Shown piece after piece: positions 1-8,554 of a DNA stretch of 59,672 bases. The notes below the pieces were generated by a model that was not told the DNA's origin, searched no databases, and saw only the letters and a list, made by a program, of their open reading frames with translations. The position numbers and the translations under genes were made by a program. Origin of the DNA: an uncultured Gemmatimonadaceae bacterium (GTDB taxonomy: Bacteria; Gemmatimonadota; Gemmatimonadetes; Gemmatimonadales; GWC2-71-9); contig CAZASU010000004.1 in assembly GCA_964487785.1 (NCBI GenBank), positions 1,623 through 61,294 on the forward strand, written 5' to 3'. Numbering within the stretch: the first letter of the stretch is position 1; each line of letters starts with the position of its first letter.

Positions 1-807
1 GAGGAGACGATCAACGTAGCGGTGGTGGGGCGGCCGAACGTGGGGAAGTCGTCGGTGGTGAACCGGCTCCTAGGCGAGGAGCGCCACGTCGTCGCCCCGG
101 AGGCGGGAACCACCCGCGACGCGATTGATTCGGTCTTGCGCTTTCAGGGCAAGACGCTCAACTTCATAGACACCGCAGGGTTACGCCGCAAAGCTAAAGT
201 AGAAGATGATCTGGAGTTTTATTCCACGCTGCGGACAGAACGGGCCATCGAGCGGGCGCAGGTGGCGGTGCTCGTGGTGGACGCGGCGGTAGGGCTTCAC
301 AACCAGGATCTCCGGATCGCGACCCAGGCCTGGGATGAGGGCGCTGGACTGATCGTCCTGGTGAACAAGTGGGACCTGATCGAGGAGAAGGACGCCAACA
401 CAGCCCGGCACGGCCAGGAGGCGCTGGTGGCCAAGGCGCCGTTTCTCCGCTACGTCCCGTTCCTCTACGTGTCCGCCCTTACTGGGCAGCGAGTGCGGAA
501 GGTGCTCGACCTGATCCTGGAGGTGGCCGAGGGCCGGGAGCGGCGGGTGCCCACAGCCGAGGTGAACAAGGTGCTGGCGACGCTGATCGAACGAAACGCA
601 CCGCCCCAGAAACCCGGTGAGGAGGTCAAGCTGCTCTACGCCTCGCAGATCGCCACCGCGCCTCCCACGCTGGCCATCGTCAGCAACCGGCCCGACGAAG
701 TACCCGAGTCATATCAGCGCTACCTGGCGCATGGATTTCGAGAAGCGTGGCCGTTTACGGGATCGCCCTTGCGGCTGAAATTCACCAGTCGAGGATCTCG
801 ACGCTGA
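1..807 (+). CDS. der: Ribosome biogenesis GTPase Der (EngA), 5'-truncated by window edge
   Basis: Second G-domain motifs GRPNVGKSS, GTTRDAID, DTAGLRR and NKWD followed by a KH-like C-terminal domain. Frame is open from base 1. Confidence 0.96.
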   Translation, partial: EETINVAVVGRPNVGKSSVVNRLLGEERHVVAPEAGTTRDAIDSVLRFQGKTLNFIDTAGLRRKAKVEDDLEFYSTLRTERAIERAQVAVLVVDAAVGLHNQDLRIATQAWDEGAGLIVLVNKWDLIEEKDANTARHGQEALVAKAPFLRYVPFLYVSALTGQRVRKVLDLILEVAEGRERRVPTAEVNKVLATLIERNAPPQKPGEEVKLLYASQIATAPPTLAIVSNRPDEVPESYQRYLAHGFREAWPFTGSPLRLKFTSRGSRR

Positions 808-1427
808 TGCCTCAAGCCGTCCTGTGGCTTCTCGCTTCCTACTTTGTGGGAGCCATACCGACGAGCTATCTGCTCAGCCGACTCTTCGCGGGAATCGATC
901 TTCGGCAGCACGGCAGCGGTAACCTCGGCGCCACCAACCTCTATCGGGTCCTCGGCTGGAAGTACGCAATTCCCGCCGCGGCCGTCGACATCGCCAAGGG
1001 GGCCATTCCTGTCCTCGTGTTCGCTCCGCAGGTATCAGACTCCCAGCTGTTCGCCCTCGGATGCGGGGTGGCGGCCATTCTCGGACATGTGTTTTCTGTG
1101 TTCGTGGGATTCCAGGGCGGGAAGGGTGTGGCGACGGCCGCCGGCGTCATGCTGGGCCTGGCACCGCTCGCGCTGACGCTGTCGGCCGGGGTCTGGGCCC
1201 TGCTGGTCCGGCTCACCGGTTACGTATCGGTCGGCAGCATCGCTGCGGCGGCGGTGCTCCCGCTGGCGGTCTATCTGCTGGAGGATTCGACTTCACCGGC
1301 GCTCCTCTGGATCGCAACGGCGATAGCGGCGGGAGTGATCCTCCTCCACCGGCGCAACATTCAGCGGCTGCTCAAGGGCACGGAGAACCGGTTCGGGCGC
1401 CGGGCCACGAGTACGCCGCAGCCATGA
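807..1427 (+). CDS. plsY: Glycerol-3-phosphate acyltransferase PlsY
   Basis: GSGNLGATN, GHVFS and GGKGVAT motifs, HRRNIQRL near the C-terminus, hydrophobic. ATG overlaps the der stop (TGATG). Confidence 0.95.
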   Translation: MPQAVLWLLASYFVGAIPTSYLLSRLFAGIDLRQHGSGNLGATNLYRVLGWKYAIPAAAVDIAKGAIPVLVFAPQVSDSQLFALGCGVAAILGHVFSVFVGFQGGKGVATAAGVMLGLAPLALTLSAGVWALLVRLTGYVSVGSIAAAAVLPLAVYLLEDSTSPALLWIATAIAAGVILLHRRNIQRLLKGTENRFGRRATSTPQP

Positions 1428-2422
1428 CGCCCATTGCGGTGCTTGGCGGGGGCAGCTGGGGCACTACGCTGGCCAACCTCCTTGCGGTCAAGGGAGAGAC
1501 CGTGCGGCTCTGGGCGTACGAGCCCGAGGTGGTGGCTGCGGTCAATCAGCGGCACGAGAATCCGCTGTTCCTGCCCGGCGTTCCTCTGGCGCCGGGGCTC
1601 CGCGCATTCGCCGACGCGCGCGAGGCGGTTCGGGGCACGTCGGTCATCGTCTCGGCCGCTCCGAGTCACGCGGTCAGATCGGTGATATCGGGGATCAAGG
1701 GCGGGGTGGACGCAGGGACGCTGGTGGTGAGTGTTACCAAGGGCATCGAGACCGATACCCTGGCCCTCATGTCGAAGGTGTTCGAGGAGTGTCTCCCCGA
1801 GGTTCGTTTCGCGGCACTGTCGGGCCCCAGCTTTGCCCTTGAGGTGTGTCAGGGCCAGCCGACCCTGGTGGTGGTTGCAGCTCGGGACCAAGTCACCGCG
1901 CGCGACGCACAGCGGATCTTCTCCACACCGCGGTTCCGGGTCTACTCGCACGACGACGTTGTGGGCGTCGAGCTCGCCGGCGCGCTCAAGAACGTCATTG
2001 CCATCGCCGCGGGCATTCTCGAGGGACTCGGGATGGGGCATAATCCCCGGGCCGCGCTCATCACCCGGGGGCTCGCCGAGATCACCCGGCTGGGAGTCGC
2101 CCTGGGGGCCAACCCGCTCACCTTCGCCGGCCTGGCCGGTATGGGAGACCTGATTCTGACGACGACCGGAAATCTCAGCCGGAATCGCGCGTTGGGGGTG
2201 GCGCTGGCGGAGGGGCAGACGCTGGAGCAGTACCGCGCCGCTCACCGCAGCGTGGCCGAAGGTGCCAACACCTCGAAGGCCGGCGCAGCACTGGGAGAAC
2301 GGATGGGGGTTGAGCTTCCCATCATCGAGAAAGTCTGTGAAGTTCTGTTCCACGGGATAGCCGCCCGGCAGGGCATAGCCGAGCTCATGGCACGCGAACT
2401 CAAGTCGGAGCAGTGGAGATGA
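1424..2422 (+). CDS. gpsA: NAD(P)H-dependent glycerol-3-phosphate dehydrogenase
   Basis: GGGSWGT Rossmann motif, KGIE, LSGPSFA, GALKNVIAI and GDLILT..SRN. ATGA overlap with plsY. Confidence 0.95.
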   Translation: MTPIAVLGGGSWGTTLANLLAVKGETVRLWAYEPEVVAAVNQRHENPLFLPGVPLAPGLRAFADAREAVRGTSVIVSAAPSHAVRSVISGIKGGVDAGTLVVSVTKGIETDTLALMSKVFEECLPEVRFAALSGPSFALEVCQGQPTLVVVAARDQVTARDAQRIFSTPRFRVYSHDDVVGVELAGALKNVIAIAAGILEGLGMGHNPRAALITRGLAEITRLGVALGANPLTFAGLAGMGDLILTTTGNLSRNRALGVALAEGQTLEQYRAAHRSVAEGANTSKAGAALGERMGVELPIIEKVCEVLFHGIAARQGIAELMARELKSEQWR

Positions 2423-2841
2423 CCACCACCCGACCGGTGCAGGAGTTTTACTCCATCGGCGAAGTCTGTGGGCTGACCGAGCTGAAGCCGCACGTCCTTC
2501 GCTACTGGGAAAGTCAGTTCCGCTTCCTGAACCCGGCCAAGAACCGCTCGGGCAACCGGGTCTACAAGGGGCGCGAGGTCGAGCTGATCATGCTGGTGAA
2601 GCACCTCCTGTATACCGAGAAATTCACCATCGACGGGGCCCGGCAGCGGATCGATCACTACCGCCGGACCGGCGAGCTGCGGGTCTCCGCCAGGCGCGCC
2701 TTCGAGGCGGAGCTGGCGCATGAGGTCCAGACGACCCTCGAGGATGTCATGGGAATTCTCGATGGGAAGGCCGTACAGCGGGACAGCGGGGCAGGGGGGC
2801 AGCGGGGCAGCAACAGCACACCACCTGAGCCGAAGGCGTAA
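2419..2841 (+). CDS. MerR-family HTH transcriptional regulator; C-terminal tail derived from a repeat element
   Basis: YSIGEV...PHVLRYWESQF..L.P...GNRVY MerR signature, upstream of surE-pcm. ATGA overlap with gpsA. Confidence 0.9.
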   Translation: MTTTRPVQEFYSIGEVCGLTELKPHVLRYWESQFRFLNPAKNRSGNRVYKGREVELIMLVKHLLYTEKFTIDGARQRIDHYRRTGELRVSARRAFEAELAHEVQTTLEDVMGILDGKAVQRDSGAGGQRGSNSTPPEPKA

Positions 2842-2883
2842 GTGTCGACTGCCCCGCTGCCCCGCCGCCCTGCTGCTCCGCTG
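2776..2883. repeat. Palindromic octamer-repeat element, copy A
   Basis: Left arm cagcggga-cagcgggg-cagggggg-cagcgggg-cagc (2776-2811); 37-nt core starting aacagcacac (2812-2848); right arm ctgccccg-ctgccccg-ccgccctg-ctgctccg-ctg (2849-2883). Confidence 0.85.
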
Positions 2884-3632
2884 TGAATATTCTCGTCAGC
2901 AACGACGACGGCGTGCTGGCTCCCGGGCTGGCGCTGCTCGCCGATGCCTGCAGGGAAGTGGGCAACGTCACCGTCGTAGCACCCGACCGGGAGCAGAGCG
3001 GCACGTCCCACTCGCTTACGTTGCACCGGCCGCTCCGGCCCACCCGGCGTCCCGATGGCGGGTGGCAGATCGATGGCACCCCCACCGATTGCGTCATGCT
3101 GGCCATCCAGGCGCTTATGCCCGAGCGGCCGGACTTCGTATTCTCTGGAGTCAACCACGGTCCCAACATGGGCGAGGACGTGCTCTACTCGGGCACGGTG
3201 GCGGCCGCCATGGAGGCGGTGACCCTGGGCGTGCCGGGCATCGCCATCTCGTTTGCGGGAAATCAGCCGGAGACGATGGCCACCTACCGTCCCCTGCTGC
3301 TGGAGCTGGTTCAGCGGATCACCCAAGTGCGCGACTTCCCGGAGCAGATGTTGCTCAACATCAATTTTCCCAGAATCCCGGCGTCGGAGGTCAAGGGCAT
3401 TCAGGTCACCAAGCTGGGAAGCCGCTACTTTTCCGAGTCGCTGACCCGGATGAAGGATCCGTGGGGCCGGGAGATCTTCTGGATCGGAGGCGGAACGATC
3501 ACCTGGACCGGTGGAGAAAACTCCGACCACCTGGCTGTTGCCGAGGGCTACGTTTCGGTCACGCCACTGCACATGGATCTGACCAATTACTCGCTGCTGG
3601 AAACGGTTCGGGGATGGTCGCTGGAGGGGTAG
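2883..3632 (+). CDS. surE: 5'/3'-nucleotidase SurE
   Basis: ILVSNDDG, VAPDREQSG, GTPTDCV and SGVNHGPNMGEDVLYSGTVAAA motifs. Confidence 0.96.
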   Translation: MNILVSNDDGVLAPGLALLADACREVGNVTVVAPDREQSGTSHSLTLHRPLRPTRRPDGGWQIDGTPTDCVMLAIQALMPERPDFVFSGVNHGPNMGEDVLYSGTVAAAMEAVTLGVPGIAISFAGNQPETMATYRPLLLELVQRITQVRDFPEQMLLNINFPRIPASEVKGIQVTKLGSRYFSESLTRMKDPWGREIFWIGGGTITWTGGENSDHLAVAEGYVSVTPLHMDLTNYSLLETVRGWSLEG

Positions 3633-4282
3633 GGGAGGGCGACAGCTACGGGGGCTATCGGACCCGGCTGGTGGAAACCCTCCGGCGCAAGGGAATACGA
3701 GACCTGTCGGTGCTGCGCGCCATCCAGATGGTGCCGCGGCACCTTTTCGTGCCGGAGAGCGTGCGGCATCGGGCTTACGAGGACGCGGCGTTGCCGATCG
3801 GCAGTGGGCAGACCATCTCCCAGCCGTACGTCCAGGCCCGGTATCTCGAGTTGATCGGTCTCACCGGGCAGGAGAAGGTCCTCGAGATCGGAACCGGATC
3901 GGGGTACCAGACGGCCCTGCTCGCGCTGGTAGCCAGCCTGGTGTTCAGCGTCGAGCGGTTTGCCGGGCTGGCCCAGAGTGCGCGCGCCGCCCTCGCGGCG
4001 GCAGGCATTCGCAATGTGACGGTGCTGGTGGGAGATGGGACGCTGGGGTGGCGTCCGTTTGCGCCCTACGACGCTATCCTGGTTTCCGCGGCGTCGCCTG
4101 AGGTACCGGCCCCTCTCGTGGAACAGCTCGCACCGGGGGGGCGAATGGTCATCCCTCTCGGGGACCGCGTCTCCCAGGCGCTGACACTGGTGGAGCGCCA
4201 GGGTGACACAGTGCGCACCAGTACGATCGCCGACGTTCGCTTCGTGCCGCTGGTGGGCGAATTCGGCTTTCGCCAGGAATAG
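3614..4282 (+). CDS. pcm: Protein-L-isoaspartate O-methyltransferase
   Basis: [25 protein letters not shown] and GDG..G...APYDAI motifs; follows surE. Start placed at ATG 3614 within the longer ORF. Confidence 0.93.
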   Translation: MVAGGVGEGDSYGGYRTRLVETLRRKGIRDLSVLRAIQMVPRHLFVPESVRHRAYEDAALPIGSGQTISQPYVQARYLELIGLTGQEKVLEIGTGSGYQTALLALVASLVFSVERFAGLAQSARAALAAAGIRNVTVLVGDGTLGWRPFAPYDAILVSAASPEVPAPLVEQLAPGGRMVIPLGDRVSQALTLVERQGDTVRTSTIADVRFVPLVGEFGFRQE

Positions 4283-4299
4283 ACTCCGGGAGACTGTGC

Positions 4300-4941
4300 A
4301 TGGATCTGCTGCCCCGCCTCATCGATCTCTTTCTGCACCTGGATCATCACCTGGGCCAGCTGATCTCCCAGTATGGCACCTGGACGCACCTGATCCTGTT
4401 CCTGATCGTCTTCTGCGAAACCGGGCTGGTGGTCACCCCCTTTCTGCCGGGCGACTCGCTGCTCTTCGCCGCCGGGACGTTCGCGGCGCTCGGCGCGCTC
4501 GACCTCTGGCTGCTGGTACTGCTCCTGATCATCGCCGCGATCGCGGGGGATACGGTGAACTACTGGATCGGTGCCTATATCGGTCCTCGGGCATTCGGGG
4601 GGGACATCCGTTTTCTCCGGAAGGAGTACCTCGACCGGACTCACGCCTTCTACGAGAAGCACGGCGGCAAGACGATCATCCTGGCTCGCTTCGTTCCGAT
4701 CATCCGTACCTTCGCTCCCTTTGTCGCCGGAGTCGGTGCCATGAGCTACCCGAAGTTCATCGTCTACAATGTGGTCGGCGCGGTGCTGTGGGTGGGCTTA
4801 TTCGTGCTCGGCGGCTACTTCTTCGGCAACATCGCGGTGGTGCGGGAGAACTTCACGCTGGTGATTCTGGCTATCATCGCAATCTCGGTGCTGCCTATCG
4901 CGGTCGAGGCGCTGCGGGCCCGCCGGAGCCGCCCGGCGTGA
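4300..4941 (+). CDS. DedA family membrane protein
   Basis: [26 protein letters not shown] and [16 protein letters not shown] motifs. Confidence 0.93.
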   Translation: MDLLPRLIDLFLHLDHHLGQLISQYGTWTHLILFLIVFCETGLVVTPFLPGDSLLFAAGTFAALGALDLWLLVLLLIIAAIAGDTVNYWIGAYIGPRAFGGDIRFLRKEYLDRTHAFYEKHGGKTIILARFVPIIRTFAPFVAGVGAMSYPKFIVYNVVGAVLWVGLFVLGGYFFGNIAVVRENFTLVILAIIAISVLPIAVEALRARRSRPA

Positions 4942-5207
4942 CCACCAGGTTCCAGGTGTTCGGGATGGTGCAGGGGGTCGGCTTCCGCTGGTTCGTCGCC
5001 CGGCACGCCCGCTCGCTCGGTCTCACCGGTTACGCGCGCAATCTGCCGAACGGTGCTGTCGAGGTAGTGGTCGACGGGCCCGAGGAAACGATGCCCGCGC
5101 TCGAGCGGCTGCTCCGGACCGGCCCGGCCAGCGCGCAGGTCGAGCGGGTCGAGCGATCCACCGAGCCGGCGACGATCCTGACAGGGAAAGGCTTCGATGT
5201 CATGTAA
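4938..5207 (+). CDS. Acylphosphatase
   Basis: VQGVGFR...[12 protein letters not shown] signature. GTGA overlap with the dedA stop. Confidence 0.9.
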   Translation: MTTRFQVFGMVQGVGFRWFVARHARSLGLTGYARNLPNGAVEVVVDGPEETMPALERLLRTGPASAQVERVERSTEPATILTGKGFDVM

Positions 5208-5237
5208 GCCTGGCACTCAACCGAATCCAGTGACCCG

Positions 5238-5765
5238 ATGACGACGGTTGCCGACCGAGTTCAGCGGAGCCTGCGCGCGATTCCCGATTACCCCAAGCCC
5301 GGCATTGTGTTCCAGGACATCACGCCGGTTCTGCTGGATGGGCCACTGCTCCGAGACGTCGTCTCCGACATGTGCCGTCCATTCCGGGCCCGCGACGTCA
5401 CCCACGTGATGGGCATCGAAGCGAGAGGCTTCATCCTGGGCGGGGCGATGGCAGCCGCCCTTGGGGCCGGATTCGTACCGGCCAGGAAGCCGGGCAAGCT
5501 GCCTTGGGAGCGCGCAACCGAGTCCTACGATCTCGAGTACGGCAGCGACTCGCTCGAAGCCCACCGGGATGCGTTGAATTCCGGGAGCCGGGTGCTGGTA
5601 GTCGATGACGTACTGGCCACCGGTGGCACCGCTAAGGCCGCAGGACTGCTGGCCCGAGGGCTGGGTGCGGAGCTGGTGGGGTGGAGCTTTCTGCTCGAGA
5701 TCGCCGGGCTGGCAGGACGGGAGCGGCTTTCGGGGGCTCTGTGTCACACGGTCGCGAGGTGTTGA
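5238..5765 (+). CDS. apt: Adenine phosphoribosyltransferase
   Basis: PDYPKPGIVFQDIT, EARGF, RKPGKLP, LEYG and VDDVLATGGT motifs. Confidence 0.95.
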   Translation: MTTVADRVQRSLRAIPDYPKPGIVFQDITPVLLDGPLLRDVVSDMCRPFRARDVTHVMGIEARGFILGGAMAAALGAGFVPARKPGKLPWERATESYDLEYGSDSLEAHRDALNSGSRVLVVDDVLATGGTAKAAGLLARGLGAELVGWSFLLEIAGLAGRERLSGALCHTVARC

Positions 5766-5857
5766 AGGGGGCCTCCGCTGCGCTCTGGATGAGGAGAATG
5801 CGAGAACCATTGTCGGCCCCTGGCCAATGAGCCCCTAGCTCATAGCCCCTCCCGGGG

Positions 5858-5886
5858 TTGCACCGGCCGGTGCAGGGGTCCATTTT
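5858..5886 (+). promoter_or_regulatory. Putative sigma70 promoter for the tRNA-Arg transcript
   Basis: TTGCAC (5858-5863), 17-nt spacer, CATTTT (5881-5886). Confidence 0.45.
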
Positions 5887-5896
5887 CCCCTGTTCC

Positions 5897-5975
5897 GGTG
5901 GATCCGAGCAGGCTTCGGCTGCGAAACTACCTGAAGCCTGGGTTCATAGGTTGAAGCCAACCAGGTAGTTACACT
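5897..5975 (+). ncRNA. Candidate structured RNA or leader upstream of tRNA-Arg
   Basis: C(UUCG)G-capped hairpin at 5908-5922, perfect 9-bp stem AACTACCTG (5925-5933)/CAGGTAGTT (5962-5970), and possible closing stem GGTG/CACT. Confidence 0.35.
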
Positions 5976-5976
5976 C

Positions 5977-6050
5977 GCCCCCGTAGCTCAGCTGGATAGA
6001 GCAGCAGTTTCCTAAACTGTTGGCCGCGTGTTCGAGTCACGCCGGGGGCA
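5977..6050 (+). tRNA. tRNA-Arg (anticodon CCT); CCA not encoded
   Basis: Acceptor stem GCCCCCG/CGGGGGC, D-arm GCTCAGCTGGATAGAGC, anticodon loop TTCCTAA, T-loop TTCGAGT. Confidence 0.95.
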
Positions 6051-6113
6051 TGCTCGCGGTGCCGTCGAGGGGGCCGCAGGATCCCTCTTCAAGAACCTTA
6101 TAGCTGGACACAC

Positions 6114-6776
6114 ATGGCAACGACTGTGGAACCGACCCGGACAGGCCCAGCTCCAGTTCCCGCAGCCACGATACCCTGGTATCAGCAGCACCAGCGGTAT
6201 CTTCTGGGGGGGATCGTAGTCCTGGCGCTGATGGCGCTCGCGGCGTGGTTCGTGATTGCGAGCGGGAAGCGGAAGGAGGAATTCGCCGCGCGCAGCCTCA
6301 ATCAGGCGAGAGCGGCCGCCGAGGCGGGGAACCTGCCTCTCGCGTCCAGTGAGCTCCAGAGGCTGATCTCGGCGTACAAAGGCACCGACGCCGCCAGTGA
6401 GGCGGTAATCACCCTCAACCAGGTGCGGATGGTCAACGGCCAGAGCGAGTTGGCGGTGGTCGGGCTGAGGGAGTTCCTGGCCAGCAAGCCCAAGCCGCAG
6501 TACGTCCCGCCAGCCGCCGGCTTGCTGGCTGCCGCGCTGGAAAATTCCAAACACTGGATCGAGGCAGCCAACGCCTATACCCAAGCCTCGAACGCCGCTG
6601 ACGTGGACTACCTCAAAGCCAAGTATCTGGTGGACGCGGGTCGTGCCTTCCGCGAAGGCGGCAGGCCGGAGGACGCGGCCAAGGCGTATCGGGCGGTGCT
6701 CCAAAAGTATCCCAAGGCACCCAGCGTCACTGAAGCCGAGGTCCGTCTGTCCGAGCTGACGGGCGGGAAGATGTAG
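6114..6776 (+). CDS. Membrane-anchored TPR protein (YfgM-like)
   Basis: Single N-terminal TM helix followed by helical TPR-like repeats, ending YRAVLQKYP. Confidence 0.75.
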   Translation: MATTVEPTRTGPAPVPAATIPWYQQHQRYLLGGIVVLALMALAAWFVIASGKRKEEFAARSLNQARAAAEAGNLPLASSELQRLISAYKGTDAASEAVITLNQVRMVNGQSELAVVGLREFLASKPKPQYVPPAAGLLAAALENSKHWIEAANAYTQASNAADVDYLKAKYLVDAGRAFREGGRPEDAAKAYRAVLQKYPKAPSVTEAEVRLSELTGGKM

Positions 6777-6796
6777 GCCCGCACCGACGTGCGGGC
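6777..6796. terminator. GC hairpin directly after the TPR gene stop (possible terminator, no U-tract)
   Basis: GCCCGCAC-cgac-GTGCGGGC, perfect 8-bp stem. Confidence 0.35.
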
Positions 6797-6873
6797 GCAC
6801 AGCGGGTCAGCCAGAGGGTAGCGGGAAGCGGTCCGGAAGGGGTGTGCGGCGATCTTTCTTGGGCATAAGGGAA

Positions 6874-6901
6874 ACGACGTATAAGATATGTTATGTTAAG
6901 T
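6874..6901. other. dif: dif site (XerC/XerD chromosome dimer resolution site)
   Basis: ACGACGTATAA-GATATG-TTATGTTAAGT has 11-6-11 architecture. The XerD arm differs by 1 base from E. coli TTATGTTAAAT, the inner ATAA/TTAT palindrome is present, and the site lies where gene orientation converges. Confidence 0.88.
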
Positions 6902-6906
6902 TAGCT

Positions 6907-7003
6907 TGGGGAAAACTATGGAGAACTGTGGACTACTCTGCCCGTTGCCGTTGTATGTTGTTGATGGGTAGGAAGATACTTCGGATTTCCACGCCGTTCC
7001 ACT
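6907..7003. promoter_or_regulatory. Array of DnaA-box-like 9-mers with a central IHF-like site
   Basis: TGGGGAAAA (6907), TATGGAGAA (6917) and TGTGGACTA (6927) at 10-bp period, each 2 mismatches from TGTGGATAA. TATGTTGTTGATG (6954-6966) resembles the reverse IHF consensus. Weaker inverted boxes at 6985 and 6995. Confidence 0.45.
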
Positions 7004-7010
7004 ACCGCCT

Positions 7011-7838
7011 CTATTTGCTCTCCCACACCCCTCGGAACAGCAGCCGGCCTTGTCCGGCGAGCCAGACGTCCCTAGCCCTCCTGCCATCCCGTTGAGCCCG
7101 TACAGCGAGTTCCGGTCCCCCCCTGGTCCGGAAGCCCAGGGGCAGGTCCGCCTCGCCCCTGCTGGCCAGTGCCAGCGCAGCTGCCACCGTGCCGGTCCCG
7201 CAGGCCAACGTTTCTCCCTCCACGCCACGCTCGAAGGTCCGGATGAGCCATGAACCTCCCGGCTTCGGGGGAGGACTCACGAAGTTCACATTGGCCCCGG
7301 CGGGCCCCATGCGGGCGTCGGACCGGAGCGTCATCCCACGACCCAAAACATCCACCGAGTCGACGTCGTCCACGCGGACCACGAGATGCGGCACGCCGAC
7401 CGTTCCGAGCGAAAACCAGTGCTCGCCGGCCTCCGGTCCAGGATCCGGCAAATCCACCGGGAGGTCGCAGTCCGGCAGGTTGATCTCCGCTTCGTCGGCC
7501 TGAGCCCGGGAGATCACCCGGACGAGCCCGGCATCGGTGAGGAGGCAGAACTCCCCCGGCGCGACCATCTCCAGGTCTACCGAGAGCCGCCCGCTACAGA
7601 GCGCCGCATTCCCGCACATGGCGCCGTGAGAGCCGTCCGAATTCCAGTAGGACATCCGGACTGCCCCCGGTGTGGCAGGCGTCAGGATGACCAGACCGTC
7701 GGCCCCGACTCCATTGCGGCGATCACAGATGGCCTGCACCCGAGCGGCAGGCCAGCGCTCGGGCGCCGTGGCGCGGCCGTCGAGCACCACGAAGTCGTTG
7801 CCCGAGCCGGTCATCTTGTAGAAGAGGGTTCCCCTCAC
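7011..7838 (-). CDS. dapF: Diaminopimelate epimerase
   Basis: FYKMTGSGNDF, NSDGS..AMCGN, GVPH and ERGVEGETLACGTG (both catalytic Cys present). GTGA overlap start. Confidence 0.95.
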   Translation of the reverse strand: MRGTLFYKMTGSGNDFVVLDGRATAPERWPAARVQAICDRRNGVGADGLVILTPATPGAVRMSYWNSDGSHGAMCGNAALCSGRLSVDLEMVAPGEFCLLTDAGLVRVISRAQADEAEINLPDCDLPVDLPDPGPEAGEHWFSLGTVGVPHLVVRVDDVDSVDVLGRGMTLRSDARMGPAGANVNFVSPPPKPGGSWLIRTFERGVEGETLACGTGTVAAALALASRGEADLPLGFRTRGGPELAVRAQRDGRRARDVWLAGQGRLLFRGVWESK

Positions 7839-8554
7839 AGTCGGCCGATGAGCGATTGGAGCCGGAGCCACCACACCATCCAGATCGCCTCCCGGACGAT
7901 GCGCTTATTCATCTTGCTCTGTCCTTCGACCCGGTCGGTGAACACGATGGGTATTTCCACCAGGCGGAATCCCTTCTTCCAGGCCCGGAAGCTCATCTCG
8001 ATCTGAAAGGAGTAGCCGTTGGAGCGCACCTTGTCGAAATCGATCGCCGCGAGCACCTCGCGCCGAAAGCACTTGAATCCACCGGTCGAATCGGCCAGCG
8101 GCAAGCCGGTGATCCAGCGGGCGTACTCGTTGGCCCCAATGGAGAGGAGCAGCCGCGAGATGGGCCAGTTGATCACGTTGACCCCGGTACGGTAGCGGGA
8201 GCCGATCACCACATCGGCATCGTTGGCGGCCCGTACGAAGTCGCCCAGGAATCGGGGATCGTGGGAAAAGTCCGCATCCATTTCGAAGATCAGGTCGTAT
8301 CCCCGCTCCAGGGCCCAGCGAAAACCGGCGAGGTACGCTTTCCCCAGACCCGATTTCGCGGGCCGGTGCAGCACGTGCACTCGGGGGGTGGACGCCGCCA
8401 GTTCGTCGGCCAGCTGGCCGGTGCCATCGGGCGAATTATCGTCCACCACGAGAACTTCGAACCGCGGATCCTGGTGCAGGATGGCGGGTACAACGAGCGG
8501 CAGGTTGACCCGCTCGTTGTATGTTGGCACCACGACGAGCAGGCGCTCAGCCAC
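7835..8554 (-). CDS. GT2 polyprenol-monophosphate-sugar (Ppm1/Dpm1-like) synthase
   Basis: VPTYNER, VDDNSPDGTG, EMDADFSHDP, DSTGGFKCFRR and GYSFQIEM motifs. Confidence 0.9.
   Translation of the reverse strand: MAERLLVVVPTYNERVNLPLVVPAILHQDPRFEVLVVDDNSPDGTGQLADELAASTPRVHVLHRPAKSGLGKAYLAGFRWALERGYDLIFEMDADFSHDPRFLGDFVRAANDADVVIGSRYRTGVNVINWPISRLLLSIGANEYARWITGLPLADSTGGFKCFRREVLAAIDFDKVRSNGYSFQIEMSFRAWKKGFRLVEIPIVFTDRVEGQSKMNKRIVREAIWMVWWLRLQSLIGRL

Noticed and set aside
5211-5226. sigma54 promoter upstream of apt (TGGCAC)
   Set aside because: No TTGC at the -12 position.
5897-5975. Hammerhead ribozyme (junction with GA, stem, GAAA, stem)
   Set aside because: The core reads GATCCGA instead of CUGANGA, so the catalytic core is not conserved.
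5977-6120. Genomic island integrated at tRNA-Arg
   Set aside because: No integrase follows and no duplicate of the tRNA 3' end was seen in the window.
6850-7010. oriC
   Set aside because: Genes converge on this site rather than diverge, a dif site is present, no dnaA or dnaN is nearby, and there is no clear DUE. Kept only as a DnaA-box-like array.
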